From Dicyema japonicum (lineage: Eukaryota > Animalia > Dicyemida): DNA of 64,000 nt. The notes beneath the pieces are model-generated. The model did no database searches. It saw only the letters and a program-made list of their open reading frames with translations, and was not told where the DNA came from. Location of the stretch: positions 310,001 through 374,000 of the forward strand of contig RDEW01000040.1 of the NCBI GenBank assembly GCA_011109175.1. Reading direction: 5' to 3'. Positions 52,530-63,661 of this stretch are shown one piece after another. Within the stretch, counting starts at the first letter, position 1. Each line of letters begins with the position of its first letter. Position numbers and translations under genes: made by a program.

Positions 52530-53830
52530 CTTAATCATGAAGATGTGAATTATTGTGAAACAAATGAGGTACCGAATAAAAAGAAAGCTGAAAAATTTAT
52601 TGTTATTGATGAAAAACTGTTAACAGACTTCACAAACTTGTGATTCCCTTAACTAGTAAAGAACAAATGAGGACTATTGTTCAGGAGATTCACCAGACAA
52701 ATAACTGTAGACATAACGCTCTGGATGCTCTTTATCTTAGGAGATTTTGCGCTACCAAAAGAANCGAATAAAAAGAAAGCTGAAAAATTTATTGTTATTG
52801 ATGAAAAGCTGTTAACAGACTTCACAAACTTGTGATTCCCTTAACTAGTAAAGAACAAATGAGGACTATTGTTCAGGAGATTCACTAGAAAAATTACTGT
52901 AGAAATAACGCTCTGGATGCTCTTTATCGTAGGAGATTTTGCGCTATCAAAAGAACTGTTATTCGTCAAGTAAAAGACTGCAATGTTTGCAAGTCTTCAG
53001 TGAATTTCAAACAATTAAATCATATTGTTGTGGATTTGGCTAATGAGAGATTAAAAATTGATTTGATTGAATTTAAAAGGTTTAAAGTTTATTAGTTATT
53101 ATTGTAGATTTGTGAAACAAAATGATCATTTTTATTGTTGTTGTCAGTCATAAACTTCTATTCAAAATATGGATTTACAAAGAACCTGGAAAATAAAAGT
53201 GGAATCGAAGTGGCCACAAATCAGAAGAAATTTTCATCGATGTTGGCCCTTGTAGGTTTCTACAATCCGACAGCGGCACGAAGTCCAAGAAAGGTCATAT
53301 TAGAAAATTGTGTGAGGATTACAGAACTACTCAAATCCATGGAAGATTTAATAATCGCCAGAGTCAAGGTGTTGTTGAAAGATTCAACCAGACGATCTAA
53401 CGGAGTTTATCGAAAATACTGGTTTCGGATGACAAGAAAGAGTAGATAAAGCACATTCAAAAAACAGAAACTTCAACCAATTAATCACGATGCACCACAT
53501 GGCCCCACGTGGCTTATAAAAACCTCTGTGGTTAAAGTGAGGAGGATCTTTCATTTGCTAAAAAAANCAAATCCATGGAAGACCTAACAATCCCCAGAGT
53601 CAAGGTGTTGTTGAAAGATTCAACCAGACGATCTAACGGAGTTTATCGAAAATGATGGTTTCGGATGACAAGAAAGAGTAGATAAAGCACATTCAAAAAA
53701 CAAAAAACTTCAACCAATTAGTCACGATGCACCACATGGCCCCACGTGGCTTATAAAAACCTCTGTAGTTAAAGTGAGGAGGATCTTTCATTTGCTTAAA
53801 AAATAGCATCCAAATTTTGCGACGAGGAGG
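52530..53830 (+). mobile_element. Ginger/Gypsy-type integrase relic
   Basis: HHCC remnants (H..RF..VKDCNVC), KIDLIEF, LQSDSG and QSQGVVERFNQTI. No RT adjacent; duplicated segments across n. Confidence 0.75.
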
Positions 53831-53856
53831 TGAATCACGTAGAAAAATTAAAAAAT

Positions 53857-53938
53857 CGCTGTGAGCAGAATTCGAACCTGTGCAAGCTACGCCAACAGAT
53901 GTCAAGTCTGATGCCTTAACCGCTCGGCCATTACGAAA
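53857..53938 (-). pseudogene. tRNA-Ser(TGA)-like, degenerate
   Basis: TGGCCGAGCGGTTAAGGC D-arm, CT-TGA-CA loop, long variable arm and GGTTCGAAT..CTGCTCACAGCG. The 5' acceptor strand (TTCGTAA) mispairs, and the T and anticodon stems carry mismatches. Confidence 0.8.
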
Positions 53939-54949
53939 CTGACCTGTGATTCCACTATTGTAGGCTTTATTTCTAGTGTATCTGTAAGTTAAAATATTTT
54001 GAAAAGTTCTCCTAGTGACAAGTACAAAAATATTTGGGATCACTTATGATTAATTCCTTTCTTTCTCTTCTCACCTGGACCACGTTATCCTGAAGACCAG
54101 ACAAAAACTTAATGCTCCCCATGATCTATTTTGAGTCATATTCGTACACAGAAAAACACTCTTAATCTTACATTCCAACAATTCGTTAGAACAACCCTGA
54201 ATATAGTTCCAGTTGGTCTAACTTTTTTTCCTACTCAAAACTACAAAATATTCAAAATGTGTCCTTGCAATCAATTCCTGGTTGTAATCTGGTTCAACTG
54301 TAAACCTCCTACATTAGAAAACTTGCGAATATAGTTCCAGTTGGTCTAACTTTTTTTCCTACTCAAAACTACAAAATATTCAAAATGAGTCCTTGCAATC
54401 AATTCCTGGTTGTAATCTGGTTCAACTGTAAACCTCCTACATTAGAAAACTTGCTTACTTCAATGGAAGATCAACTTCGAATACTAAACCTACAATTCAT
54501 ATTGACTTAACACATTCTGTGTATCCTGCAATGACATAACCTTGACAAGAAATCTGACATATTGTTTCTACAGTCATGGGCAGATGATAAAAAAGATTCC
54601 TCCTCCATATCAGATGTCCACAATCAAAAAGACGATTCATAACTTTATAGAACTAGGGGAATTCTTTGTTTAAAACGAAACACCCTGCTAGGCACTCTCG
54701 CCAATGGATAATAAAGAAGCAACCTTCGATATAGATTCCAGTAGAATTTTATCGCAAATCAGCTTCAGACATTTTCGCCTCTGGGATGCATCATGCTTTG
54801 CGTTTCCTCACCTAACCAACTTAGGGATGTTGTCAATCAAATTCTTTCCGGATCAGGACTACCAATGACACTAAGGGACTTGTGTAAGCCTCCAGCAATA
54901 TCAGATGGACGTTTGATGGCAACCGGTCTGCTAAATGTAGCAATGATGT

Positions 54950-55920
54950 TTAAAAATAATAGTCATAGTCAAAGTACGTCGCAATACAAAATTTATCAGG
55001 AGGAACCACACTTTCAAACTCTTTCATCATAGAGTCGATCTTTTCAACCATGATATTAATTTGATTCCTTATATCATCATCCACTGGCACATCAGGCATT
55101 ACTTTGACACCACCATGGGTTACTTCCACGGGTAATCCAAATATCATTCCATTTGGTATGTTGTAGGATCCGTCGGACGCCACAGTTAACATGCAAGCTT
55201 CAGTTGGGCCACATACATCCATCAGAATCTTCAAGTGCTGGATTAACAGCTCAGCAGTAGATTTCTCATTGTCCGTGTGTGATAGCTAGAATTAACTTAC
55301 AATTTACTATTTTTGTGTTTACGAGAATTCTTGACCAATCAAGGAAATCAACATCAAAAAGTTCTTTCCTGTGATCTGAGGAAACTATGGCAGAAAAGTT
55401 CGAAAGCGGTATATTCAAAGCAATTGCGGTGCATATACGTGTCCCCACGTCAGCGAAAGTTCCAGAGAAAATAGCCCAAAATAAATTTAAATTTCAAACC
55501 TTTATTTGTTTAGGGTAGTCAACATAATCACGCAAATAGGTAGCCAGACAATAAAAGATAGTGGAGAATCTCTTGATAAAATCGTATTTTGATTGTGAAT
55601 GAAACAGATAAAATTTATAACAAAATAAAATATAATTCGCATTTTTGAAATCACGTGGATCACATGAAACGTACAAAGAATTCAGAAAACGTTTAAAATC
55701 TTTCTTGAATTTTACAGAATATTCCTTTATTTTGTCCTTCAACCGTCTTAGTTCTGAAAGGTGGTCAAAAAGAATTATATTCGACTTCAATAATTAAAAT
55801 ATTGAAAACCTTGTATTTATTCAATAAGACCTTATTCAGTAATGGAAATAAATTATCCAATAGGTCGTCTGAGGCACTGACAATAATCAAGGTCAACGAT
55901 TCCACAGAACCTACCACCAT
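54950..55920 (-). CDS. Cytosolic malate dehydrogenase (MDH1)-like degenerate protein
   Basis: Introns of 25, 24 (GT-GG) and 22 nt. IPLSNFSAIVSSDH aligns with IPKENFSCLTRLDH; VASDGSYNIP..FGLPV aligns with VISDGNSYGVP..YSFPV. A 3' extension below 54950 is possible. Confidence 0.75.
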
Positions 55921-56339
55921 TCTATTAAAAATTTAAAAATTTTAATCATTTATATTATTATTTTTAACAAATTTCGATTCAAATTATGAAAAAATCAGAT
56001 TTCAAAGTGGTGGATGCCGTCAAATGTATCTCAATTAATTAGCTGTGTGTTGCCGTGCAGTGTCATGTGTCTATCTGATTGAAAATTTCCCTATCTTTCC
56101 TCTGGTGGCATCAGTGGATTTACCTTACTCAGGAGACGCCCAATGCTGGCCGGTATTCAAAATGATCCATCTATTCATTCCACCAGGATACAATTTCGCT
56201 CCCTATAGACGAGTTCTGGATTCTCCCTCACTGTGCTCAGGTGAGGGTTCTGCTGGAACACGTCAGGATCAATAAATTAGTCAGTTTGATTTTACCCTTG
56301 GTCTTTGGAATAATTAATTAATTTTTTTTTACAAAATAA

Positions 56340-57040
56340 TTTTTTTAACAATTAAACAAATGTCAGTTGAGGAAGCCTGCTGCGTAGATTGCGAACTAGT
56401 TCCCTCGGAGTATGGCTATTCCAATCTTTTGTCTTAGCCACAACCCTTCTCGTTGATCCCTTTTCTTTCTGGCAAGCAATCCTCCGAGTTCTTGCAAGAA
56501 CTTAGCCATCATTGGAGCAACGGCTCCCATGATTCGGCCGCAACAGGAGTAAATCGGTAGAGATCCACGAGGCAAGAATATTTCTTGATTTTCAGGTTCT
56601 CTGCAGTCGAAGCAGCTGATCCAGATTTCTGAACCGATTTGAAAATATTCGTGTTTGAGAACGTGTCTACACAAGTTGTGTCCCCGACCAAAGATCTTCC
56701 AGACGTGAAGAGGAAAAGGGTCATCCCGTCAGGTCTCTTCCCATCTCCTCGATCATGACCCACTGGTTCAAGCTGTGGTGGGAAGCCTGTAGCCTTCAGA
56801 GCTCTGACGATCACATCGTTCAGAGCAGCATGACGTGGTCCCCTTCCGGCGCTTCTTCTGCAGGACAGCGGGTGCAATCCTTTTGCATCGACTGTTTTCC
56901 CGCATCGGCAATTAATTGTGGTTTCTATACCCACACCGATACCTTCCTGGTCAAGTGATTTTTCTCTACTCTTTTCCTTCTTTGAACTAAGAAGCGTCAT
57001 GTGATCTCCCGTTTCTGGAGACGCTCAGTGCCTGGTCATA
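56340..57040 (-). mobile_element. CRE-clade C-terminal third (knuckle plus PD-D RLE)
   Basis: CRCG..DAKGLHPLSC..RHAALND, RPDG, DTTCVD, KIKKY and WLRQKIGIAILRGN. Confidence 0.92.
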
Positions 57041-57099
57041 TACCAAGCTGCACTTTTTATAAAATCGTTATCAAATAAGTAAATAAAATTTCAGAATTT

Positions 57100-57816
57100 T
57101 TCAAAAAAATATAATGCACCTATTTCTCGTATATCTATTGATGATCTGAGAAGTAAAAGAGGATCAAAATTAATTTTTCTTAAATTTTCTAATATTATTC
57201 ATAAAATTGAAGCTGGGATATATCCCTTTTTTGCTATACAAAAAAATAATCTCAAAAGATGCAATATTATTCACATATTATGCTTGGAACAAAATAGATA
57301 GTTTTTAATAATCAAACGCTTCACACACACAAAAATGGATTCAAAACATTGAAAAATATAAATTATGAAAACCCTGTTATTGAAAATTACAAATATATTC
57401 TAGACAAATGAACATAAGTGATCCTTCAGAAGAGAGACTGTATATCGAAATTGACTACAATTAAAATGAAAAACATGATTTGAATAATTTGGTGAAAATA
57501 GAACAAGAAATTGATAGTGAAGAACCCCTCAAAGAAAGTCAGAAAGGTGTACCTATTAGTAAGGCTTTTCTAGCCATAATAAAAGAACTCTAATATCATG
57601 AAGAATTCTTTAATGTGCAAAATTTTGAGTCTATTGAAAAGCTTGGATCTTCGATGATCCGAACTCTAAAAAGAAACAAATCAAAACTTACTGATTTTTT
57701 TGCTTATGAATAATTTTTTAGATTTACATTATTAATGAATGAAAAAATCAATAAGTCTTTCGAATTTGCCAGATTTTACCGATTCCCGAAATTGGCGGAT
57801 TCGAGAGACTTTACTG
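57100..57816 (+). mobile_element. Tigger-like 3' relic with TIR
   Basis: KSKLTDFF C-terminus, then TIR GGCGGATTCGAGAGACTTTACTG followed by TA; same family as 49202. Confidence 0.8.
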
Positions 57817-58289
57817 TACCCATAAAAACTCATAAAAATTGAGCTGATATCGTTCACAGTAAATATAGCTATACAAGAGGACGCTTGTCCCTTTAGGATT
57901 TTCCCTAGGATCGCCTATTTGGCTTAAGAAACCTTTCTCTTTTTAAATTCAATGATCATGTGGCAACAAAATAAATAATGGAAATATAAAAACTCATAAA
58001 AATTGAGCTGATATCGTTCACAGTAAATATAGCTATACAAGAGGACGCTTGTCCCTTTAGGATTTTCCCTAGGATCGCCTATTTGGCTTAAGAAACCTTT
58101 CTATTTTTAAATTCAATGATCATGTGGCAACAAAATAAATAATGGAAAAGTAAAACTGAGAGAGGCTGTTCATCTAATAGACGTATAAACTAAGTACATC
58201 AGTTTTGTTTTTGTATTTTAACTAAATGGATCGCCCCTTAAAGAAACATATAAATCCGTACCTTTTGTTTCATTTACACATTCTGATAC

Positions 58290-58900
58290 ATTTTCTGACA
58301 CAAAAGAGTCCAGTCGTTTAAAAAACTGTGAACACCAAATTAGTATGTTATTTTTTCCTTTCTCACTGTGTCTCCCTGACTTACTCCACTCGTGAAGATT
58401 TCCATTATGAAAACTTTTCCGTCTAAGAATGAAGTGATGTCCGCGAAGGTAGAAATTGTGATGAAAATGGAAGATAAGAATCCATTTCACTTATCTTTGG
58501 TAGGTGAAGTCTGTAATGGACTATTGAAAGATTGATCAACACAAGCAGATAGATTAATTAGTTGTGACTTTTTGTACTGAGGTTACCAAATATTGCAAGC
58601 TTAGGTTTATTTAAGATACATTGCTTTATCATACNAAGAGTAAAGTCCAGTCGTTTAAAAAACTGTGAACACCAAATTAGTATGTTATTTTTTCCTTTCT
58701 CACTGTGTCTCACTGACTTACTCCACTCGTGAAGATTTCCATTATGAAAACTTTTCCGTCTAAGAATTAAGTGATGTCCGCGAAGGTAGAAATTGTGATG
58801 AAAATGGAAGATAAGAATCCATTTCACTTATCTTTGGAAGGTGAAGTCTGTAATGGACTATTGAAAGATTGATTTGATCAACACAAGCAGATAGATTAAT
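58290..58900 (-). mobile_element. Divergent LINE RT relic, duplicated across an n
   Basis: DITSFLDGKVF..TSGVSQG, homolog of 44040-44300. Confidence 0.5.
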
Positions 58901-58955
58901 TAGTTGTGACTTTTTGTACTGAGGTTACCAAATATTGCAAGCTAAGGTTTATTTA

Positions 58956-59490
58956 NNNNNNNNNNNNNNNNNNNNNNNNNNNNNNNNNNNNNNNNNNNNN
59001 NNNNNNNNNNNNNNNNNNNNNNNNNNNNNNNNNNNNNNNNNNNNNNNNNNNNNNNNNNNNNNNNNNNNNNNNNNNNNNNNNNNNNNNNNNNNNNNNNNNN
59101 NNNNNNNNNNNNNNNNNNNNNNNNNNNNNNNNNNNNNNNNNNNNNNNNNNNNNNNNNNNNNNNNNNNNNNNNNNNNNNNNNNNNNNNNNNNNNNNNNNNN
59201 NNNNNNNNNNNNNNNNNNNNNNNNNNNNNNNNNNNNNNNNNNNNNNNNNNNNNNNNNNNNNNNNNNNNNNNNNNNNNNNNNNNNNNNNNNNNNNNNNNNN
59301 NNNNNNNNNNNNNNNNNNNNNNNNNNNNNNNNNNNNNNNNNNNNNNNNNNNNNNNNNNNNNNNNNNNNNNNNNNNNNNNNNNNNNNNNNNNNNNNNNNNN
59401 NNNNNNNNNNNNNNNNNNNNNNNNNNNNNNNNNNNNNNNNNNNNNNNNNNNNNNNNNNNNNNNNNNNNNNNNNNNNNNNNNNNNNNNNNN
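58956..59490. other. Assembly gap (535 N); a second gap lies at 47172-47211
   Basis: Runs of n. ORFs spanning them are not real. Confidence 1.
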
Positions 59491-60057
59491 TATTTAGTTA
59501 TCCCCAAGGATTCATATTTAACTGATTGATACAAAGTCGACAATTTTTTCCATATTTTGGGGAAGTGAGATTTTTCAGAATGTTTTCTGAAGATAAATTA
59601 AGGCTATAAGCATGTGGTTAGTGGACTTTAGTAGTAGAAAGGTCAAATATCTTGACATGAGTAACCTTAGAATTTAAATCTAGATCAAATAGCTATTAAA
59701 AATTTACTGGAATATAAAATATAGATATCTTTACAACAGTTTGTAAATATCCATTAAAAACTCACTTAAATAATAAGCCGCATATTTTTTATTATTTCAA
59801 TTAAGTGACCAATGAGCATCGGGAAACCAAATGGTTCTTTCAAAGGAATTCTCTGACAGTTGTCAGTGGAAACAGCCATTCCATTCTTTCGGTTGGATTT
59901 ATTTGATTGTTTTGTTACGTTTAAAATAATTGGTTTGCGGTAATAATTTCATTATTGATGTGTTCGTAAATTTATTATAAATTTGTTTTATTCATAAACT
60001 AAAAAATAAATATATTATTTTAATAAAATTTGTTATTAAATTTGATTTCTTGACCAA

Positions 60058-61487
60058 ATGTCTGGTGTAGTAGTATGTGATACCGGCACTGGGGTTATTC
60101 TTTTAATAATGATCAGTTTATAAAATGCGGACTTAATGCCACCAATATTCCCACCTTTAACTTTCCATGCGTCGTTGGTCGTCCAACTCTCCGTTCTGTT
60201 GTGAAAAATCGTGTCGACAATTTGCAGGTTATCCTTAGTCATTAGTGAAGGATGTGATGTTCGGCTGGTCAGCCAGTAAATACAGACAACACCTAACACT
60301 GAACTATCCAATGGAATGTGGCTACGTGAGAGATTGGAACGATATGGTCCTGGTGTATGAATATGTGTTTGGTAAAGAATGTCTTGACATTAACTGCTCT
60401 GATAATAAAATAATGTTAACAGAACCTCCATCAAATCCCCTCAAAAATAGAGAAAAGACTGCTGAGGTAAATTTATTTTGATATATGCCTCTTTAAGATT
60501 TGTTTTGACAGATAATTACTATTTATTAGTTTTTATTACCATTATTTGTTTGATTACCACTACTTATAACTATTATTAAGGTTATGTTTGAACAATTTGG
60601 CTTCTATGGAATATTCATAGCAATGCAGGCAGTACTGACTCTCTTCTCTCAAGGTGAGTGTCTTCTATTATTACAGGGACACATACTGGGATTGTGTTGG
60701 ATTCTGGAGATGGTGTTACTCACGTTTGTCCTGTTTACGAAGGTTATGCTCTGCCGCGTGGGGTAGAACGACTTAATATCGCCGGTAGAAACATATCCAG
60801 CCATTTGATAAAAGTTACCCACATTTAATGGTTAGTTATTGCAATTGAGAGGATATAACCTTGATAATACTGCTGACTTCCAAACTGTGGGGGAAATGAA
60901 GGAATCAATCTGTTACGTTGCCTGGGACTTTGAAAAGGAAATAAAGCTTGCCAGAGAGACATCTACTGTGTTAGAAAAATACTATGTTTGTTAAGTTTAT
61001 AAGTGTAGCTGCCTGATGGAAGGAAGATCACTGTGGAGCAAGAACGGTTTCAGGCGACAGAAATACTGTTTCAGCCAAATATAATTGACATAGAACAGCC
61101 CGGGTTTCATGGATTACTTTACAATGCTATTCAGGTCGATTTTATTTTTATGGAAGAAATGTGACATTGATGTTCGGTTAGAGCTTTACAAGGGAATTTA
61201 CCTGTCAGGTGGGACAACAATGTTTCCTGGTCTACCAAGTCGTTTGGAGAAAGAATTAATGAATCTTTACTACAAACGAGTAACTAATGGAGTCGGGAAG
61301 GTTGCTTTTGTGTTTATGTAAGAAATGTCCAATTAGCATAAATGATCCTCCTTATAGGAAACATTTGGTGTTCCAGGGGGCTTCTCTATTGGCAGGTGTG
61401 ATTAGGGAGAAGGATGCTTCGTGGATGACTAAGTTTAATTATTATGAGCAGGGGGCTTCGTATATTCATAAGCTATGTTATGGATAA
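60058..61487 (+). CDS. ACTR2: Actin-related protein 2, 9 exons
   Basis: Introns of 23,23,114,23,22,23,22,22 nt give an intact product: [81 protein letters not shown] and [10 protein letters not shown]. Confidence 0.93.
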
Positions 61488-61899
61488 GGGTTTATATTAT
61501 TTTAACTAATTTCTTTTAATAAAGTATTTTTTGAGGTGTTGTGGTTTTATAATTTTAGGTTAATTTTTATATTACCACTCTTGGCCTCATTTTAAATAAT
61601 AGTTGTTATTAACAATTATATTAATTACACGGATGGACTCAAAATTCATTTTCCATGTTCCTTGACATTAAAAATCAAGTTTTGAACAAATAAGTGTCGC
61701 GTACATCAATCTTGTTGGCTTTACTCGCATTTATAGGAAAACATAATTTTCTCTGACAATTGTATTGACCTTGTTGTATTGTCAAGAATTAAATTTTGTC
61801 TATTTTAAAACTTTTACAGAGGAAAGTAATAAAATTAACAAAAGGTAACTTACAAAACTCATTATCACGTTTATTTTTTGAATTGAGGGGCAAGACGTT

Positions 61900-62770
61900 A
61901 GAGATGGAGAAACCGATACCACAGTTAAAGGGGATCAAAAAAACCTTACCTTGACACCCTCCGAATGCTGTTCAGGTTTGCCTGTCGATCAATCTGAAAA
62001 GATCTTCTCTTTCTCACATGACCCTCTTCCGCCAAATTTGTGATCAAACGAATCAGAGGATAATCACAATCGAATAGATAGATAATACAAAATGTCATCT
62101 TACTCGAAAGATAGCCAAATCTCTACGTAATTGATTATGCCCTGGGAAATCTCGTCGGAGGAACAAACCCACTACTTTGAATCAGACTGAGAGCTGTCTC
62201 TTGTTTTTCGAGGTTGATCATCAGGGCGATCGAGGACAACGCATGAAATGGTCGGATCCGTTTTTTTGCGGTCTCATTTTTCGAATCGCACTTGACTGAT
62301 TGAAAAAAAATGTCCAATCGTTATTAAAAGAACGACCACGTCAATCAAACAGTTATGCTTATAGACAATTCACTTCCGTCTTCCATGGGCAAAAACTGAA
62401 AGCGAGATTTACGAACGTAAGTAAACGAGAAAATTATTTTCGAAGACATTTGAAAAACACTTTTAACCGAAGACAAGGTACTTCCGTCTATTTCAGACAC
62501 CCTTGAACTAATCACACAATAACACTTACAAGCCAAAGAAGATCACCCCATATTTGTTCCCTGTTGCTGTTGTGATACAATCGGCTATTTTACCCTTCCA
62601 GGGAGCAACAGTGCCGTCCCAGACGGTCTATGTCCAAGTCATATAAAAAATCATACTTCCATTGCTGATACGGGGAACATTTAACCAACTCTATGAAGTT
62701 TTCACTGGCCATATTTTTCTAACTGAAATTTTCAACGACTGTTTTCATCCAAATTTCTATTTCAGAAAGC
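61900..62770 (-). CDS. Probable multi-exon gene of unknown function (weak WD40-like motifs)
   Basis: Several GTAAG donors and a clean 22-nt intron near 62506-62527 joining ..TATGNKYGVIFFGF to SRVSEIDG... No complete model could be built. Confidence 0.3.
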
Positions 62771-62774
62771 CTTG

Positions 62775-62875
62775 TCTGGTTACACTCAAAAGCCACGACC
62801 CACGTGAGACCGATTAGCTTCTCCAATTGAGTCGTGAGAAGCAACGCAAAGTCGAGTATCTCGGCGGGCACTCCA
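62775..62875 (+). mobile_element. CRE-clade 3' tip
   Basis: AGTCGTGAGAAGCAACGCAAAGTC..TCGGCGGG, homologous to 40510-40620. Confidence 0.7.
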
Positions 62876-63329
62876 GACAAATCTAGAGAAAATAGTAACC
62901 AATGTAAGTCAAATTCCCAAGGTATTCTATAACCTAATCATCAGATCGCGAGAGTCAATAAACAAAAATTTAAAAATCAAATTATGTTAATTGACCTACT
63001 TTTGGATTAAATTGAGAATTAGTTCAGTTTTCTTTCTTAGATTTTGTAGGTCTGATTAACCAATGTGCCAAATTTAATCAAAAGAATAGGATTGTAATTA
63101 TTTAATAATAAAAAATATAGAGATATTTCATAAATCAATATAAAAAGGAAACAAGAGATCTATTTTGAGTATACATTTTAATCCACCTCAACTTTCTGAG
63201 CACTTAGTCTCTTGGTTAACTGTATAAATCAAAAATATGGGATAAAAAAGAAAACCGTATAACAAGTAAGATTTTCCTTATTCCATTAATCCAGAATTCT
63301 CTAAACTCAAATTAAAGAATATAGAAAGC

Positions 63330-63553
63330 TTAAAGTAAACAAATATCACTATTTCTGATAAAACTACATCTATAACAGACTGATTTCTTCATTTTTATGC
63401 AACATAAAATCCCACATGGGAAACAAATAATAGCCAGAAGGATTCCCAATGGAGTATATTCCTCAGTACGATATCCAGACTAAAGGTAACCTTATATTTA
63501 ACTTGACAGTCCGGACAGTTTCTAGTTATCACTCGAAGTGGTCTACTTTCCAT
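63330..63553 (-). CDS. BRI3: Brain protein I3 (BRI3)-like, 66 aa, 2 exons
   Basis: The 23-nt intron 63480-63502 gives CPDCQSGYRTEEYTPLGILLAIICFPCGILCCIKMKKSVCYRC, matching BRI3 CPACRVGVLED.FT.LGIFLAIILFPFG.ICC..LRKRRCPNC. Confidence 0.88.
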
Positions 63554-63661
63554 TTTGAGTTTTTTTTAACTTTTATTTATAATAATAATTATTTTTTATT
63601 AAATTTTAAAATAATCATAAAAGTATAAAGATTTTATTAGAAACACAGAAACATTTTGGAT

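Noticed and set aside
53857-53938. tRNA containing TGA, as a possible selenocysteine or suppressor tRNA
   Set aside because: TGA is the anticodon and reads the Ser codon UCA. The body is ordinary tRNA-Ser, and the acceptor stem is broken.
57905-57935. ATCGCCTATTTGGCTTAAGA, resembling the U2 snRNA 5' end
   Set aside because: The branch-pairing GTGTAGTA and the Sm site are absent.
44040-58900. Paralogous exons of a novel host gene family at 44.1 and 58.4 kb
   Set aside because: The shared peptide (YRL..K..SFL..V..TSGV.QG) fits LINE RT domains, and the 58-kb copy is frameshifted.
58906-59543. Long ORFs in the supplied track
   Set aside because: They are artefacts of the N gap. Many other listed ORFs are antisense shadows of exons or transposon relics.
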